Shown in pieces: positions 49,610-58,050 of a DNA stretch of 64,000 bases. The DNA lies in the IMG/VR virus record IMGVR_UViG_3300029288_001928, positions 1-64,000 of that record; one strand, given 5' to 3'. A program made the position numbers and the translations under genes. This DNA is from a virus (lineage: Duplodnaviria; Caudoviricetes). The notes beneath the pieces are model-generated. The model did no database searches and was not told the DNA's origin. It saw only the letters and a list, made by a program, of their open reading frames with translations. Every line of letters starts with the position of its first letter. Position 1 is the stretch's first letter.

Positions 49610-50386
49610 ATGAGAGATAAAATAATAAAAATATTCGAATCATCTGTTATTACTAATCAGCCATTACTAAAAAAGACTGAATTAGATCAAAATCAATTTG
49701 TTCGTGTTTTAGTATCAAAACCAGGAGATATTAATATAATTTTAGCTAGAACCTCGTCATTAATCACTGGAGATACCCCAGAAAAGACTAAACAAATGCT
49801 TATTAATGAGATATTAGAAGTTTTAGAACGTTCCGAAGCATCAAGAATATTTGTTGGTCTAGGTCTCCAAGAATCATATCACGTTTATAAAGGGTTTCCT
49901 GTTAGAAAAGGAGAAAAGTTTTCAGATTTACCAGAACAAGGTTCCGAAATTCAATTAGATACTCCTGCATTATATCAGTCATGGACAGTAGATCCTACTA
50001 ACGGTCGTCAAATTGCAACTATGTTCGATCCAGCAAAAGGCGATCCGGTTGGGGGTTTATTAGTAGATTCTCATATTGCTAATAAAAAAATAATATTTGA
50101 TGTAAATGCAGTAATCAGAACATGTAAAAAGTATTATAAAATAATTGCAAATTATAACCTAAAAGCACCACAAGGAAAATCTATATCTAATAAAAATGTA
50201 GATTTCCTTGCAACGGAAACACAATATTATCACGATATATATGAATTACTAACTGATCCATCTATAGTAAGTGTAAAGGTCACAGATACATGGAAATGGA
50301 ATGTTAGCGGGGGCAGAAAGGTTCCTCAATGGAAAACATCAGCAGATACTCAACAAAAACCACCAGTGACAGGGGATACACAATGA
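49610..50386 (+). CDS. Late protein with a possible degenerate ADP-ribosyltransferase-like fold
   Basis: VYKG..QSWT..ATMF..GGLLV..YELL; late promoter at 49583; N-terminal KIIKIFES. Confidence 0.45.
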   Translation: MRDKIIKIFESSVITNQPLLKKTELDQNQFVRVLVSKPGDINIILARTSSLITGDTPEKTKQMLINEILEVLERSEASRIFVGLGLQESYHVYKGFPVRKGEKFSDLPEQGSEIQLDTPALYQSWTVDPTNGRQIATMFDPAKGDPVGGLLVDSHIANKKIIFDVNAVIRTCKKYYKIIANYNLKAPQGKSISNKNVDFLATETQYYHDIYELLTDPSIVSVKVTDTWKWNVSGGRKVPQWKTSADTQQKPPVTGDTQ

Positions 50387-52026
50387 CTGCGTTGCAAAAA
50401 TTAAAAATGATGGAAGATGAAATTACATCAGTGGAAAAAAAGAGAAGAGAACTTAAAAAATCTATAAAAGATTTTATGGATGATGATACATATAAACTTT
50501 ATATATCATTGGAACAAGATAATAAGAATAAAGCTAAAATAGCAATTCAGAATGCATTGAATGACCAAAATAAGGGATTAAAGAAAATAGTTATTTTACA
50601 ATTACAACGATTGATTGCATCACAAAAATCATTAGAAAAAAGACAATCTGAATTAACCGAAAGTTTGACATATGATGAGTTAATAGGACTATTTCCATCT
50701 TTATTACCAATATATAATAAATTGAATGAACATTATCAAGCTAAATTTAATGAATGGCTAAATGAAAAGTTTAAAATTGCATTATTTGCAGTATCAAAAA
50801 GAATAATGACTGAATTAAATTTTATTGAAGAAAAGACACCAGAAGCAAAACAAGACGCAGTAGACGCAAGAGAAACTGTGGTTTCTGCTGCAAAAGAGGC
50901 AAATAAGCCTATTGATACATCAGAAAAAACTCCGGAACCTACACCAGAAACATCAGAAGTACCACCAGAAGATAAACCACAAAATATCATAGATGTTTTA
51001 AAAGGTTTGAAAACTAATATAGTAGATGCAAAATCATTTTTAATTGAAAAGGGGTTATTAGCTCAGAGGTCTGTAAAATTATTTTTTGATACGTTACCTA
51101 AAAAATTGCAACTTAAAGTTATTAATAATATTATAAAATTTTTAAAAGAATATTCCGTTAAAAAACAAAAACAAGTATCTGCTGTATCAGAAGCAAAGAT
51201 AACACCAGAAGAACTAGGATTGCCTTCTGGAACTAGAATTGGATCAAAAGTATTATCAAGTCAAATTTTTAATATTTTAAAGACTATTTATTCCCAGGCA
51301 AAAGAAGAAGGAAATTTAGTAGAACCAACACCAGTAGAAGAACCAACACCAGTAGAAGAACCAACCTCAATAGAAGAACCAACCCCAATAGAAGAACCAA
51401 CCCCAATAGAAGAACCAACACCAGTAGAAGAACCAACACCAGTAGAAGAACCAACACCAGTAGAAGAACCAACACCAGTAGAAGAACCAGAACCAGTACC
51501 AGTAGAAGAACCAAAAGGACCAAATATGCCGACAAATACTCCATCACAAAAACCTGATTTGATAGTATCTGGTGGCAAAAAAGCAAAAATTGCTATTAAA
51601 AAGAATCCTGATGGATCATATGTATTGCAATATTTAAATAAAGATGGTATTTCACAAACACCATTAAAATTAAATAACTTAGAAAAATTAAGTAGTAAAA
51701 TTCAGCAATTAAAAGATGAATTGATGATTCCCGATTCAGAAATGCTAAAATATAATACATTTATTAATCCAAAAGCAGCATTAACCACAAGACCAGAATT
51801 ATCACAAAGTGAAGATTCTTTAGATAACGAACCTATTGAAGAAGAATCAATAAAAAATACAATTTTAAAAATATTTGAAGATGATTTGGATGAAGCAGTA
51901 GATCCAGCAGTTGAAAAAGCAAGACGAGCAAAAGAAATAGAAACTAAAGAAACTAAAGAAGCACTAATTGCTAAACAAAAATCTCTTAATGCACAACAAG
52001 AATTAATTAAAAACAGATTAAAATAA
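50383..52026 (+). CDS. Coiled-coil protein with EPTPVE repeats, possibly an internal head protein
   Basis: Probable start MTALQ after GGGGA; LxE sites (LTES, VSEA, IFE, LDEA). Confidence 0.7.
   Translation: MTALQKLKMMEDEITSVEKKRRELKKSIKDFMDDDTYKLYISLEQDNKNKAKIAIQNALNDQNKGLKKIVILQLQRLIASQKSLEKRQSELTESLTYDELIGLFPSLLPIYNKLNEHYQAKFNEWLNEKFKIALFAVSKRIMTELNFIEEKTPEAKQDAVDARETVVSAAKEANKPIDTSEKTPEPTPETSEVPPEDKPQNIIDVLKGLKTNIVDAKSFLIEKGLLAQRSVKLFFDTLPKKLQLKVINNIIKFLKEYSVKKQKQVSAVSEAKITPEELGLPSGTRIGSKVLSSQIFNILKTIYSQAKEEGNLVEPTPVEEPTPVEEPTSIEEPTPIEEPTPIEEPTPVEEPTPVEEPTPVEEPTPVEEPEPVPVEEPKGPNMPTNTPSQKPDLIVSGGKKAKIAIKKNPDGSYVLQYLNKDGISQTPLKLNNLEKLSSKIQQLKDELMIPDSEMLKYNTFINPKAALTTRPELSQSEDSLDNEPIEEESIKNTILKIFEDDLDEAVDPAVEKARRAKEIETKETKEALIAKQKSLNAQQELIKNRLK
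51319..51513 (+). repeat. Tandem 18-bp repeat (VEEPTP, about 10 copies)
   Basis: (gtagaagaaccaacacca)n with minor variants. Confidence 0.95.
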
Positions 52027-52039
52027 TAGGGGAAATATT

Positions 52040-53053
52040 ATGGATCAGAAATTGGATGAAGTTAAAAAAGAAACTGTAATAGAACCAATTGTATCATTAC
52101 CAATATCAAATCAACTTGAATTTCTGAGAATATTGCATCCGAATAAAGATGTTGTTAAAAAATATGCTGAACGGTTTGAAACATTAATGGATATATCACC
52201 AGAAGATAGAGATAATAATGAATTAAAAAGATTAACACATGCAATAAAAATATTATCAAAAAGCGTGGAAAAAGAATATGAAAAATATTCTAAAGAACAA
52301 AATGTAGATAAAGAAAAATCTAAAACTGAACATTTCAATAAATTAATATCAGAATTAAAATCACAAACTGATTCACAATATCAAGTAGCTAAAGAAAAAA
52401 TAAATGCGTTAATAGAAAATCGTGGTAATGAAGAAGGAATAAAACAGAAAGCAAATGAACAGTTAGAAAAATTAGAAAAGTCTAAAAATGGATTTGATGA
52501 ATTATATGTTAAAGAATTTTCAAATGAAGAAGAAAAACATAAAGAATTATCAAAAGTGTCACATGAAATTAATATGAATATTAATAATACAAATAAATTA
52601 ATTAAATATGGAAAACTGTTAAGTGGTGAAGAACAAACAAGTAAAGTAGGTGATAATTGGATTAAAAATATAAAAAAGAGTAATAAACAAAAACCAGTAC
52701 AAAAACAAAAATTATCAGGAATAGAAAAATTAGCAAGAAAAATTGCTGATATAAAAGAACCAGCATCTAATACAGATATAGAACCAGTATCAAATGAAAT
52801 AAAAGAACCAGAATCACAAAAAGAAATAAGTTTAGATACATTATTAAATCAACTTAATTCTTTAACACCAGAAGAAATAGAAGGAAATGAATTAGATCCA
52901 GAAATGATTGATTATGCAAAGGCAAATCCATCAGAGGAATCCGTAAATGCTGCATTAGATGGAATGTCAGTTGAAGAATTTAATCAACAATATGCATTAA
53001 AAGAACAAAAAATAAAAATTAAAAATAATATTTTAAAAATATTTAATGATTAA
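52040..53053 (+). CDS. Coiled-coil hypothetical protein
   Basis: E/K-rich; C-terminal IKNNILKIFND matches IKNTILKIFED of the upstream gene. Confidence 0.7.
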   Translation: MDQKLDEVKKETVIEPIVSLPISNQLEFLRILHPNKDVVKKYAERFETLMDISPEDRDNNELKRLTHAIKILSKSVEKEYEKYSKEQNVDKEKSKTEHFNKLISELKSQTDSQYQVAKEKINALIENRGNEEGIKQKANEQLEKLEKSKNGFDELYVKEFSNEEEKHKELSKVSHEINMNINNTNKLIKYGKLLSGEEQTSKVGDNWIKNIKKSNKQKPVQKQKLSGIEKLARKIADIKEPASNTDIEPVSNEIKEPESQKEISLDTLLNQLNSLTPEEIEGNELDPEMIDYAKANPSEESVNAALDGMSVEEFNQQYALKEQKIKIKNNILKIFND

Positions 53054-53337
53054 TTTGATCCTAAATGTTCTTTTCCATCTTTGTCAATCCATTTAAGTTT
53101 GTAACAATATCCAACATTAAACCATCCAAGTATTTCTATTTGATGTTCGTGAACTAATGAATGACAGTTCGAACATAATGGAATTAAGTTATCTGGTTTA
53201 TTAGATCCACCTTGATTTCTTTCTTTTATATGATGTATTTCTATAAGGTTTCTAAATCTTTTATCTTTAGATTTTTTACAATTCTTAATACCACAAAAGT
53301 AGCATGACTCATGATCACACAATAACTTATATTTCAT
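53050..53337 (-). CDS. Small HNH endonuclease
   Basis: CYFC..IEIHHI..GGSN..NLIPLCSNCHSLVH. Confidence 0.85.
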   Translation of the reverse strand: MKYKLLCDHESCYFCGIKNCKKSKDKRFRNLIEIHHIKERNQGGSNKPDNLIPLCSNCHSLVHEHQIEILGWFNVGYCYKLKWIDKDGKEHLGSN

Positions 53338-53411
53338 TTTTACATTATAACATTTTTTAATTGACTTTAAATTGTGCTCTTTTATAATCGTTTCAACAAA
53401 AGGAGACTTTC

Positions 53412-53945
53412 ATGAAAGTTTTTATAATCGTTGGCGTATCTATTCTGATCCTATTAGGAGCAATGGGTGGATGCACTATTAGCTATTACAATACGGCAAT
53501 TGATTTAGAATCACAGTTTAATGCGGTTCAGAAGGACAATCAAAACCAGTATGATAATATGACTAAAAAGATTATGCAATCTGCACAAGTTACGTCTGCA
53601 CAAGCAGATATGATTCGTAATATCATAGTTGAGCATGCACAGGCACGTACTACCGGCGGTGGTGGATTAATGAAGATGGTTACAGAATCCATTCCCACTA
53701 TACCAAGTGAAACTTGGTCAAATTTACAAAACATAATTGTTTCAAGTCGAGATAAATTTGCTTTAGCACAAACTAAATTAATTGACATTAAACGAGAACA
53801 TGATGCGCTAAGACAGAGGTTTCCATCTTCAGTAATTTGTGGTGGCAGACCAGTATTGGATGCAGTAATAGTCACTAGCACTCGTACTCAACAAGCCTTT
53901 GAAACTGGTGTTGATGACGATATCAATCTAAACCTAACAAAATGA
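53412..53945 (+). CDS. LemA-like membrane-anchored protein
   Basis: N-terminal TM helix, then SYYN..LE and a coiled coil ending FPSS; early promoter at 53361. Confidence 0.6.
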   Translation: MKVFIIVGVSILILLGAMGGCTISYYNTAIDLESQFNAVQKDNQNQYDNMTKKIMQSAQVTSAQADMIRNIIVEHAQARTTGGGGLMKMVTESIPTIPSETWSNLQNIIVSSRDKFALAQTKLIDIKREHDALRQRFPSSVICGGRPVLDAVIVTSTRTQQAFETGVDDDINLNLTK

Positions 53946-55081
53946 CATATTTACTAATCCTCGTAGCATTATGGTCTGCATTAGCAGGAGTATTCTGGCT
54001 AAAACTGAATACTATTGTTTGGTGGGAATGGTTACTAGGTACTATCATTGGTATTCTAGTAACTGTAACTACTTGGTATATTATAAAAAATGGTCGTACC
54101 CATGACATAGAAATGTGGAGTGGTACAGTATCTTCTGCTATTTACATACCAGAATGGGTTTCGCACCATGAAAGGGCAGTATATAGAACAGTAATAAATT
54201 CAAAAGGAAATTCTAGTAGAGTATTCTCTCACTATGAAACATATTATGTAACACATTCACCAGAATATTCTGTAAATACTACATTAGGAACGTTTAATAT
54301 TTCAAAAGATAAATTTTCATATCTTGTTGAAAAATTCGGAGGGAAAAAGTCTGTTTCTGGTCATAGACCATCATATCATTCTGGTGATAGGAATGACTAT
54401 CATACAGTTAATAACAATAATTGGGAAGAACCATGTACCGATCTAAGATCGTTTGAAAATAAAATAAAGGCAGCACAGTCAACGTTTTCTTTTCCAGAAG
54501 TACCAAAGGACGTTCCTGTGTTTAAATGGCCAGAATTAGATGGGGTTAAACGTTCCGAAAGATTATTGGGTAGAGCAAGACAACAAATTAATATTCTAGA
54601 ATTTGATAGAATGAATTCAAGATTAGGGCCATTTAAAAAGGTCAACGTAATTATCATAGGATTTCCAGAATCATCTTCGACCGATATCGCCACGCTACAA
54701 GAGGCAGCATGGATCGGTGGCAAGAAAAATGATTTGGTCCTTTGCTACGGAGGTAAGGAATCCTCAAAATGGTCATATGTCTTTGGATGGACAGATGAAA
54801 TGCTAGTTAAACGAAATCTTGAAACAATACTATTGCAAAATCCAATCAATGATTCTATACTGCCTCTAATAGAAACAGAAATCCGCAAGAATTATAAATT
54901 AAAAGATTGGTCACAATTCGATTATATTTCTGTTCCTATGCCTTGGTGGTCTTATCTGTTAACTATTTTATTGTTATCAATCTCACAAGGTATATTTTAT
55001 TACTTCGCCCATAATAATGACGTTTCAAAAGATAGTAAAAATAACGCACGAATAATATTCAAAGGATTTAACCATGTCTGA
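53942..55081 (+). CDS. Membrane protein with a large soluble domain (partner of the LemA-like gene)
   Basis: Two N-terminal and one C-terminal TM segments; WIGGKKNDLVL. Confidence 0.65.
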   Translation: MTYLLILVALWSALAGVFWLKLNTIVWWEWLLGTIIGILVTVTTWYIIKNGRTHDIEMWSGTVSSAIYIPEWVSHHERAVYRTVINSKGNSSRVFSHYETYYVTHSPEYSVNTTLGTFNISKDKFSYLVEKFGGKKSVSGHRPSYHSGDRNDYHTVNNNNWEEPCTDLRSFENKIKAAQSTFSFPEVPKDVPVFKWPELDGVKRSERLLGRARQQINILEFDRMNSRLGPFKKVNVIIIGFPESSSTDIATLQEAAWIGGKKNDLVLCYGGKESSKWSYVFGWTDEMLVKRNLETILLQNPINDSILPLIETEIRKNYKLKDWSQFDYISVPMPWWSYLLTILLLSISQGIFYYFAHNNDVSKDSKNNARIIFKGFNHV

Positions 55082-56465
55082 CTGGAAAGAACAAAAAGCT
55101 AAAGCAGGCGATGATGCTTTATCAAAAGATTTCCCTGATTACGAAGTCGTAGAACATCGTATCGGAAATCAAACAAACGCAGAAGAAAATAATAATAAAT
55201 TCTTTAGCCTAGAATTGCATAAATCCTCCACAGGAAAATGGAGAGTATATTCAAACTACGGTAGAGTATCGTCAGATGAATATACTGGCGCGGTAGGAAT
55301 TTACGGACCATCAGATGAAACAGATATGAGAGCATTCTTTGAGTCTAAATTTAAATCAAAAGTTAGACCGTCTAAAGGGTATAAAGAAATAGAATTCGTT
55401 ACTGCTAAAGTAGGATCGCCTAAAGCAAGACAAAAGAAAAATAAAATAAGTGACGAATTTATTCCAGAAACTAAAAAACAAAAATTGGTAGAAAATACTA
55501 CTCTTCCTAAAATTGACCTACATCCAGATATAGCTAGATTAATTGAACAATGGTATAAAGAAACCTCATCAACTATTAAAAATAACTCTGCTGTTGAAAT
55601 TACATCAGATGGTCTTACAACACCATTGGGTGTATTATCTTTTAAACAACTATCAATCGGTAGAGATATTCTAAAAGAAATTAACGATTCACTAACAAAT
55701 AAAGATAAAATAAGAAAACTAACAGGAGATTTCTATTCAAATATTCCTGCAAAACTTGGAAGAAAAATATCAGATGATGATTTAATCTCCACAAAAGAAA
55801 TTATAGAACAAAAACAAACACTAATAGATTTAATGGAAGATGCTCTAGAAGTTGGTGGTGCATCATTTACTTCTCCAACAATTCAGAAATTCATTGATCT
55901 AGGAATATCTATAGATTTTATCCCAAAAGCAGATCAAGAATGGGCAAGAGTACAAAAAAATATTATTAATACAAAAGGACATAATCACTACTCAACAACT
56001 ACAAAAGTCAAACACGTGTTTAAAATAAAATTAAAAGATCAGTCAACATTTAATTCATGTCGTATTGTAAATCAACAAGAATTGTATCACGGCACAAGAA
56101 ATTGTAATATTACTGGTATTTTAAAATCTGGTATGAAAATCGCTCCACCAGGAACACCTACAAATGGGTCGATGTTTGATGTTGGATCGTATTTTGGTTC
56201 ACAATCAACAAAATCAATTAATTACTCTTTATACCCATTTCCCGGTATGGGAAATCCAAAAAACTGCTTCCTATTCCTTTTCCAAGTTAAACTAGGAAAA
56301 CAAATGGAATTGTATGATGCATGTTACAATGCAAGAACCTTATGTAAACAAAAAGGATATGATTCTGTTTGGGGTAAAAAAGGAAGATCCTTGATCCATG
56401 ACGAATATATCGTTTATGATACTGCACAAACTATGGCTACACATATAATTGAGTTGGAACGATGA
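55074..56465 (+). CDS. Poly(ADP-ribose) polymerase, PARP1-like (WGR + regulatory helical + catalytic domains)
   Basis: NNKFFSLEL..YGRV (WGR); TPLGVLS..Q..FYSNIP (HD); LYHGT..GIL..G.KIAPP..GSMF..GSYF..KSINYS..HDEYIVY (H-Y-E triad). Confidence 0.93.
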   Translation: MSDWKEQKAKAGDDALSKDFPDYEVVEHRIGNQTNAEENNNKFFSLELHKSSTGKWRVYSNYGRVSSDEYTGAVGIYGPSDETDMRAFFESKFKSKVRPSKGYKEIEFVTAKVGSPKARQKKNKISDEFIPETKKQKLVENTTLPKIDLHPDIARLIEQWYKETSSTIKNNSAVEITSDGLTTPLGVLSFKQLSIGRDILKEINDSLTNKDKIRKLTGDFYSNIPAKLGRKISDDDLISTKEIIEQKQTLIDLMEDALEVGGASFTSPTIQKFIDLGISIDFIPKADQEWARVQKNIINTKGHNHYSTTTKVKHVFKIKLKDQSTFNSCRIVNQQELYHGTRNCNITGILKSGMKIAPPGTPTNGSMFDVGSYFGSQSTKSINYSLYPFPGMGNPKNCFLFLFQVKLGKQMELYDACYNARTLCKQKGYDSVWGKKGRSLIHDEYIVYDTAQTMATHIIELER

Positions 56466-56719
56466 CATTAATATCATTTTTAGCATACTATATTAGTTCT
56501 GGGCTTTTTCTCGTCCTATTCTACTTCCTCATCCAACATAAAGGAATAGATAATTGGATAAAATCATCAATAGAAAAAGAAAAATCTAAAAAGTTTAAAC
56601 TCGTTACAACATTAAAAAATACAAATGGAATTGATGAATATATAAAATCATTTGTTTTTGTTTCTATGATATTCCCTATTATACCACTTATTTTTATCGT
56701 AGGAGATTTGTCAGATTAA
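56462..56719 (+). CDS. Small two-TM membrane protein
   Basis: Two hydrophobic segments; overlaps the PARP stop (ATGA). Confidence 0.6.
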   Translation: MTLISFLAYYISSGLFLVLFYFLIQHKGIDNWIKSSIEKEKSKKFKLVTTLKNTNGIDEYIKSFVFVSMIFPIIPLIFIVGDLSD

Positions 56720-56778
56720 AAACTATTTGACTTTCAAAAACTCTCTATTATAATAGATTCAACAAAAAGGAAAACATT

Positions 56779-57453
56779 ATGAACCTAACAGACCGCGTTG
56801 AACAAGCTATCGTCTCTTTCCTAGAAAAAGGAGACGCTTTTACACTCCTTGATATCTCAAATAGTGTAAAAAATGACGGCAATGGATTCGTTCGCCATCG
56901 TGATTGTAGAGAAGAAGCAATCTCTATTCTTCACCGTCTTGAAGATGATGAAGATGAAAATATCGCAGACTATATGTGTACATCAATAATGGTAACTACT
57001 CCAAGAGGTCAAGAATATGCAAGCCTTTATCATAGAGAAGATTTTGACCCAGATGACTATGTAAATAAATGCCAAGTAGCACTAAAACCCTCACAAATTC
57101 AAACTCAAACCATTAAACCAGTTACACCTGTACCATCTACTAATCCAACAAACCCATCGCCTATATTCAATACCTCAACATTTAAAACAAACGCCCATGT
57201 GTATAAACTACTAAAACCAATGCGAAAAGACGGATCTATAGAAATACCTAAGAGTCTACTAGTTGAATCTGGTCTACTTAATAAAGTGATAGATATAGTA
57301 AACCATCCAAATAGCATAAGTCTTGTACCAGGACAGAGTAGAATCGCAATATCAGGAATGAGAATTTCTAAGACATCACTAGCTAAATCAAATTTGGAAT
57401 CTGACGACATAATTGAAGCAGCATCTTTCACCGATAAAATAGTTCTAGCATGA
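56779..57453 (+). CDS. Hypothetical early protein with a possible AbrB-like C-terminus
   Basis: Own early promoter at 56727; MRKDGSIEIPKSLL. Confidence 0.6.
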   Translation: MNLTDRVEQAIVSFLEKGDAFTLLDISNSVKNDGNGFVRHRDCREEAISILHRLEDDEDENIADYMCTSIMVTTPRGQEYASLYHREDFDPDDYVNKCQVALKPSQIQTQTIKPVTPVPSTNPTNPSPIFNTSTFKTNAHVYKLLKPMRKDGSIEIPKSLLVESGLLNKVIDIVNHPNSISLVPGQSRIAISGMRISKTSLAKSNLESDDIIEAASFTDKIVLA

Positions 57454-57533
57454 AAAAGTAGTTGACAAGTATAAATACAATGTTATAATAGTCTCATCAT
57501 TTGAAAATTATATATTGTGGATGACATTCTTAC

Positions 57534-57613
57534 TGCGGTGTAGAGAAACGGCCATCTCATTACCCTCATAAGGTAAAGAAAGCACCTAAGCGGTTCAACT
57601 CCCGCCACCGCAT
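57534..57613 (+). tRNA. tRNA with CAT anticodon (Met or Ile2), atypical variable/T region
   Basis: TGCGGTG/CACCGCA acceptor, GAGA/TCTC D stem, TTACC-CTCATAA-GGTAA, GGTTCAACTCC; no encoded CCA. Confidence 0.75.
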
Positions 57614-57615
57614 CT

Positions 57616-57751
57616 ATGCACGAATGCCAGAAAGGTTTACATCTATCAGGAAGACGAGGCGCGTGGTTCAAATCCCGCTTCCCCCATTAACGGGGGGAAT
57701 AGCTTAGTGGTTAGAGCGCGAAAAATAGACTTTTCAATTTTTGTCGTGCAT
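57616..57751 (+). ncRNA. YrlA-like Y RNA containing a circularly permuted tRNA (T arm - closed acceptor stem - D arm)
   Basis: Outer stem ATGCACGA/TCGTGCAT with CGAATG..TTTTTGTCG; 10-bp stem 57630-39/57726-35; core GCGTGGTTCAAATCCCGC-TTCCCCC-ATTAACG-GGGGGAA-TAGCTTAGTGGTTAGAGC. Confidence 0.75.
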
Positions 57752-57757
57752 TTTTAT

Positions 57758-57831
57758 GGTCCCATCATATAACAGGCTAGTATACCAGATTTTCATTCTG
57801 GCAATCGTGGGTTCGACTCCCCGTGGGACTG
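57758..57831 (+). tRNA. tRNA-Glu(TTC)
   Basis: GGTCCCA/TGGGACT acceptor; CCAGA-TTTTCAT-TCTGG; T arm CG(T)GGG-TTCGACT-CCCCG. Confidence 0.88.
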
Positions 57832-57839
57832 CTATTTAT

Positions 57840-57912
57840 GCCCCTGTAGCACAACTGGAAGTGCAAGTGTTTTCTACACACTAGGTTGCATGTTCAAATC
57901 ATGCCAGGGGTG
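57840..57912 (+). tRNA. tRNA-Arg(TCT)
   Basis: GCCCCTG/CAGGGGT acceptor; GCAC/GTGC D stem; AGTGT-TTTCTAC-ACACT; GCATG-TTCAAAT-CATGC. Confidence 0.92.
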
Positions 57913-57914
57913 CT

Positions 57915-57975
57915 AACACGAATGCTGGAAAGTTTACATCTTCAAAAACTAAACTTTCTAAATTTTTGTCGTGTT
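57915..57975 (+). ncRNA. Minimal Y-RNA-like hairpin (same scaffold as 57616-57751 without the tRNA module)
   Basis: AACACGAATGC..TGGAAAGTTTA-CATCTTCAAAAAC-TAAACTTTCTA..ATTTTTGTCGTGTT. Confidence 0.65.
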
Positions 57976-57994
57976 TTTTGTCATCCACAAACCG

Positions 57995-58022
57995 AAAGAC
58001 TCTCTTTTGGAGAGTCTTTTTT
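57995..58022 (+). terminator. Intrinsic terminator of tRNA operon 1
   Basis: AAAGACTCTC-TTTTG-GAGAGTCTTTTTT. Confidence 0.85.
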
Positions 58023-58050
58023 GTTATAAATAATTTAGAGGTATTAACTT

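Noticed and set aside
51319-51513. Regular short repeats resembling a CRISPR array
   Set aside because: Contiguous in-frame 18-bp coding repeats without unique spacers; no cas genes.
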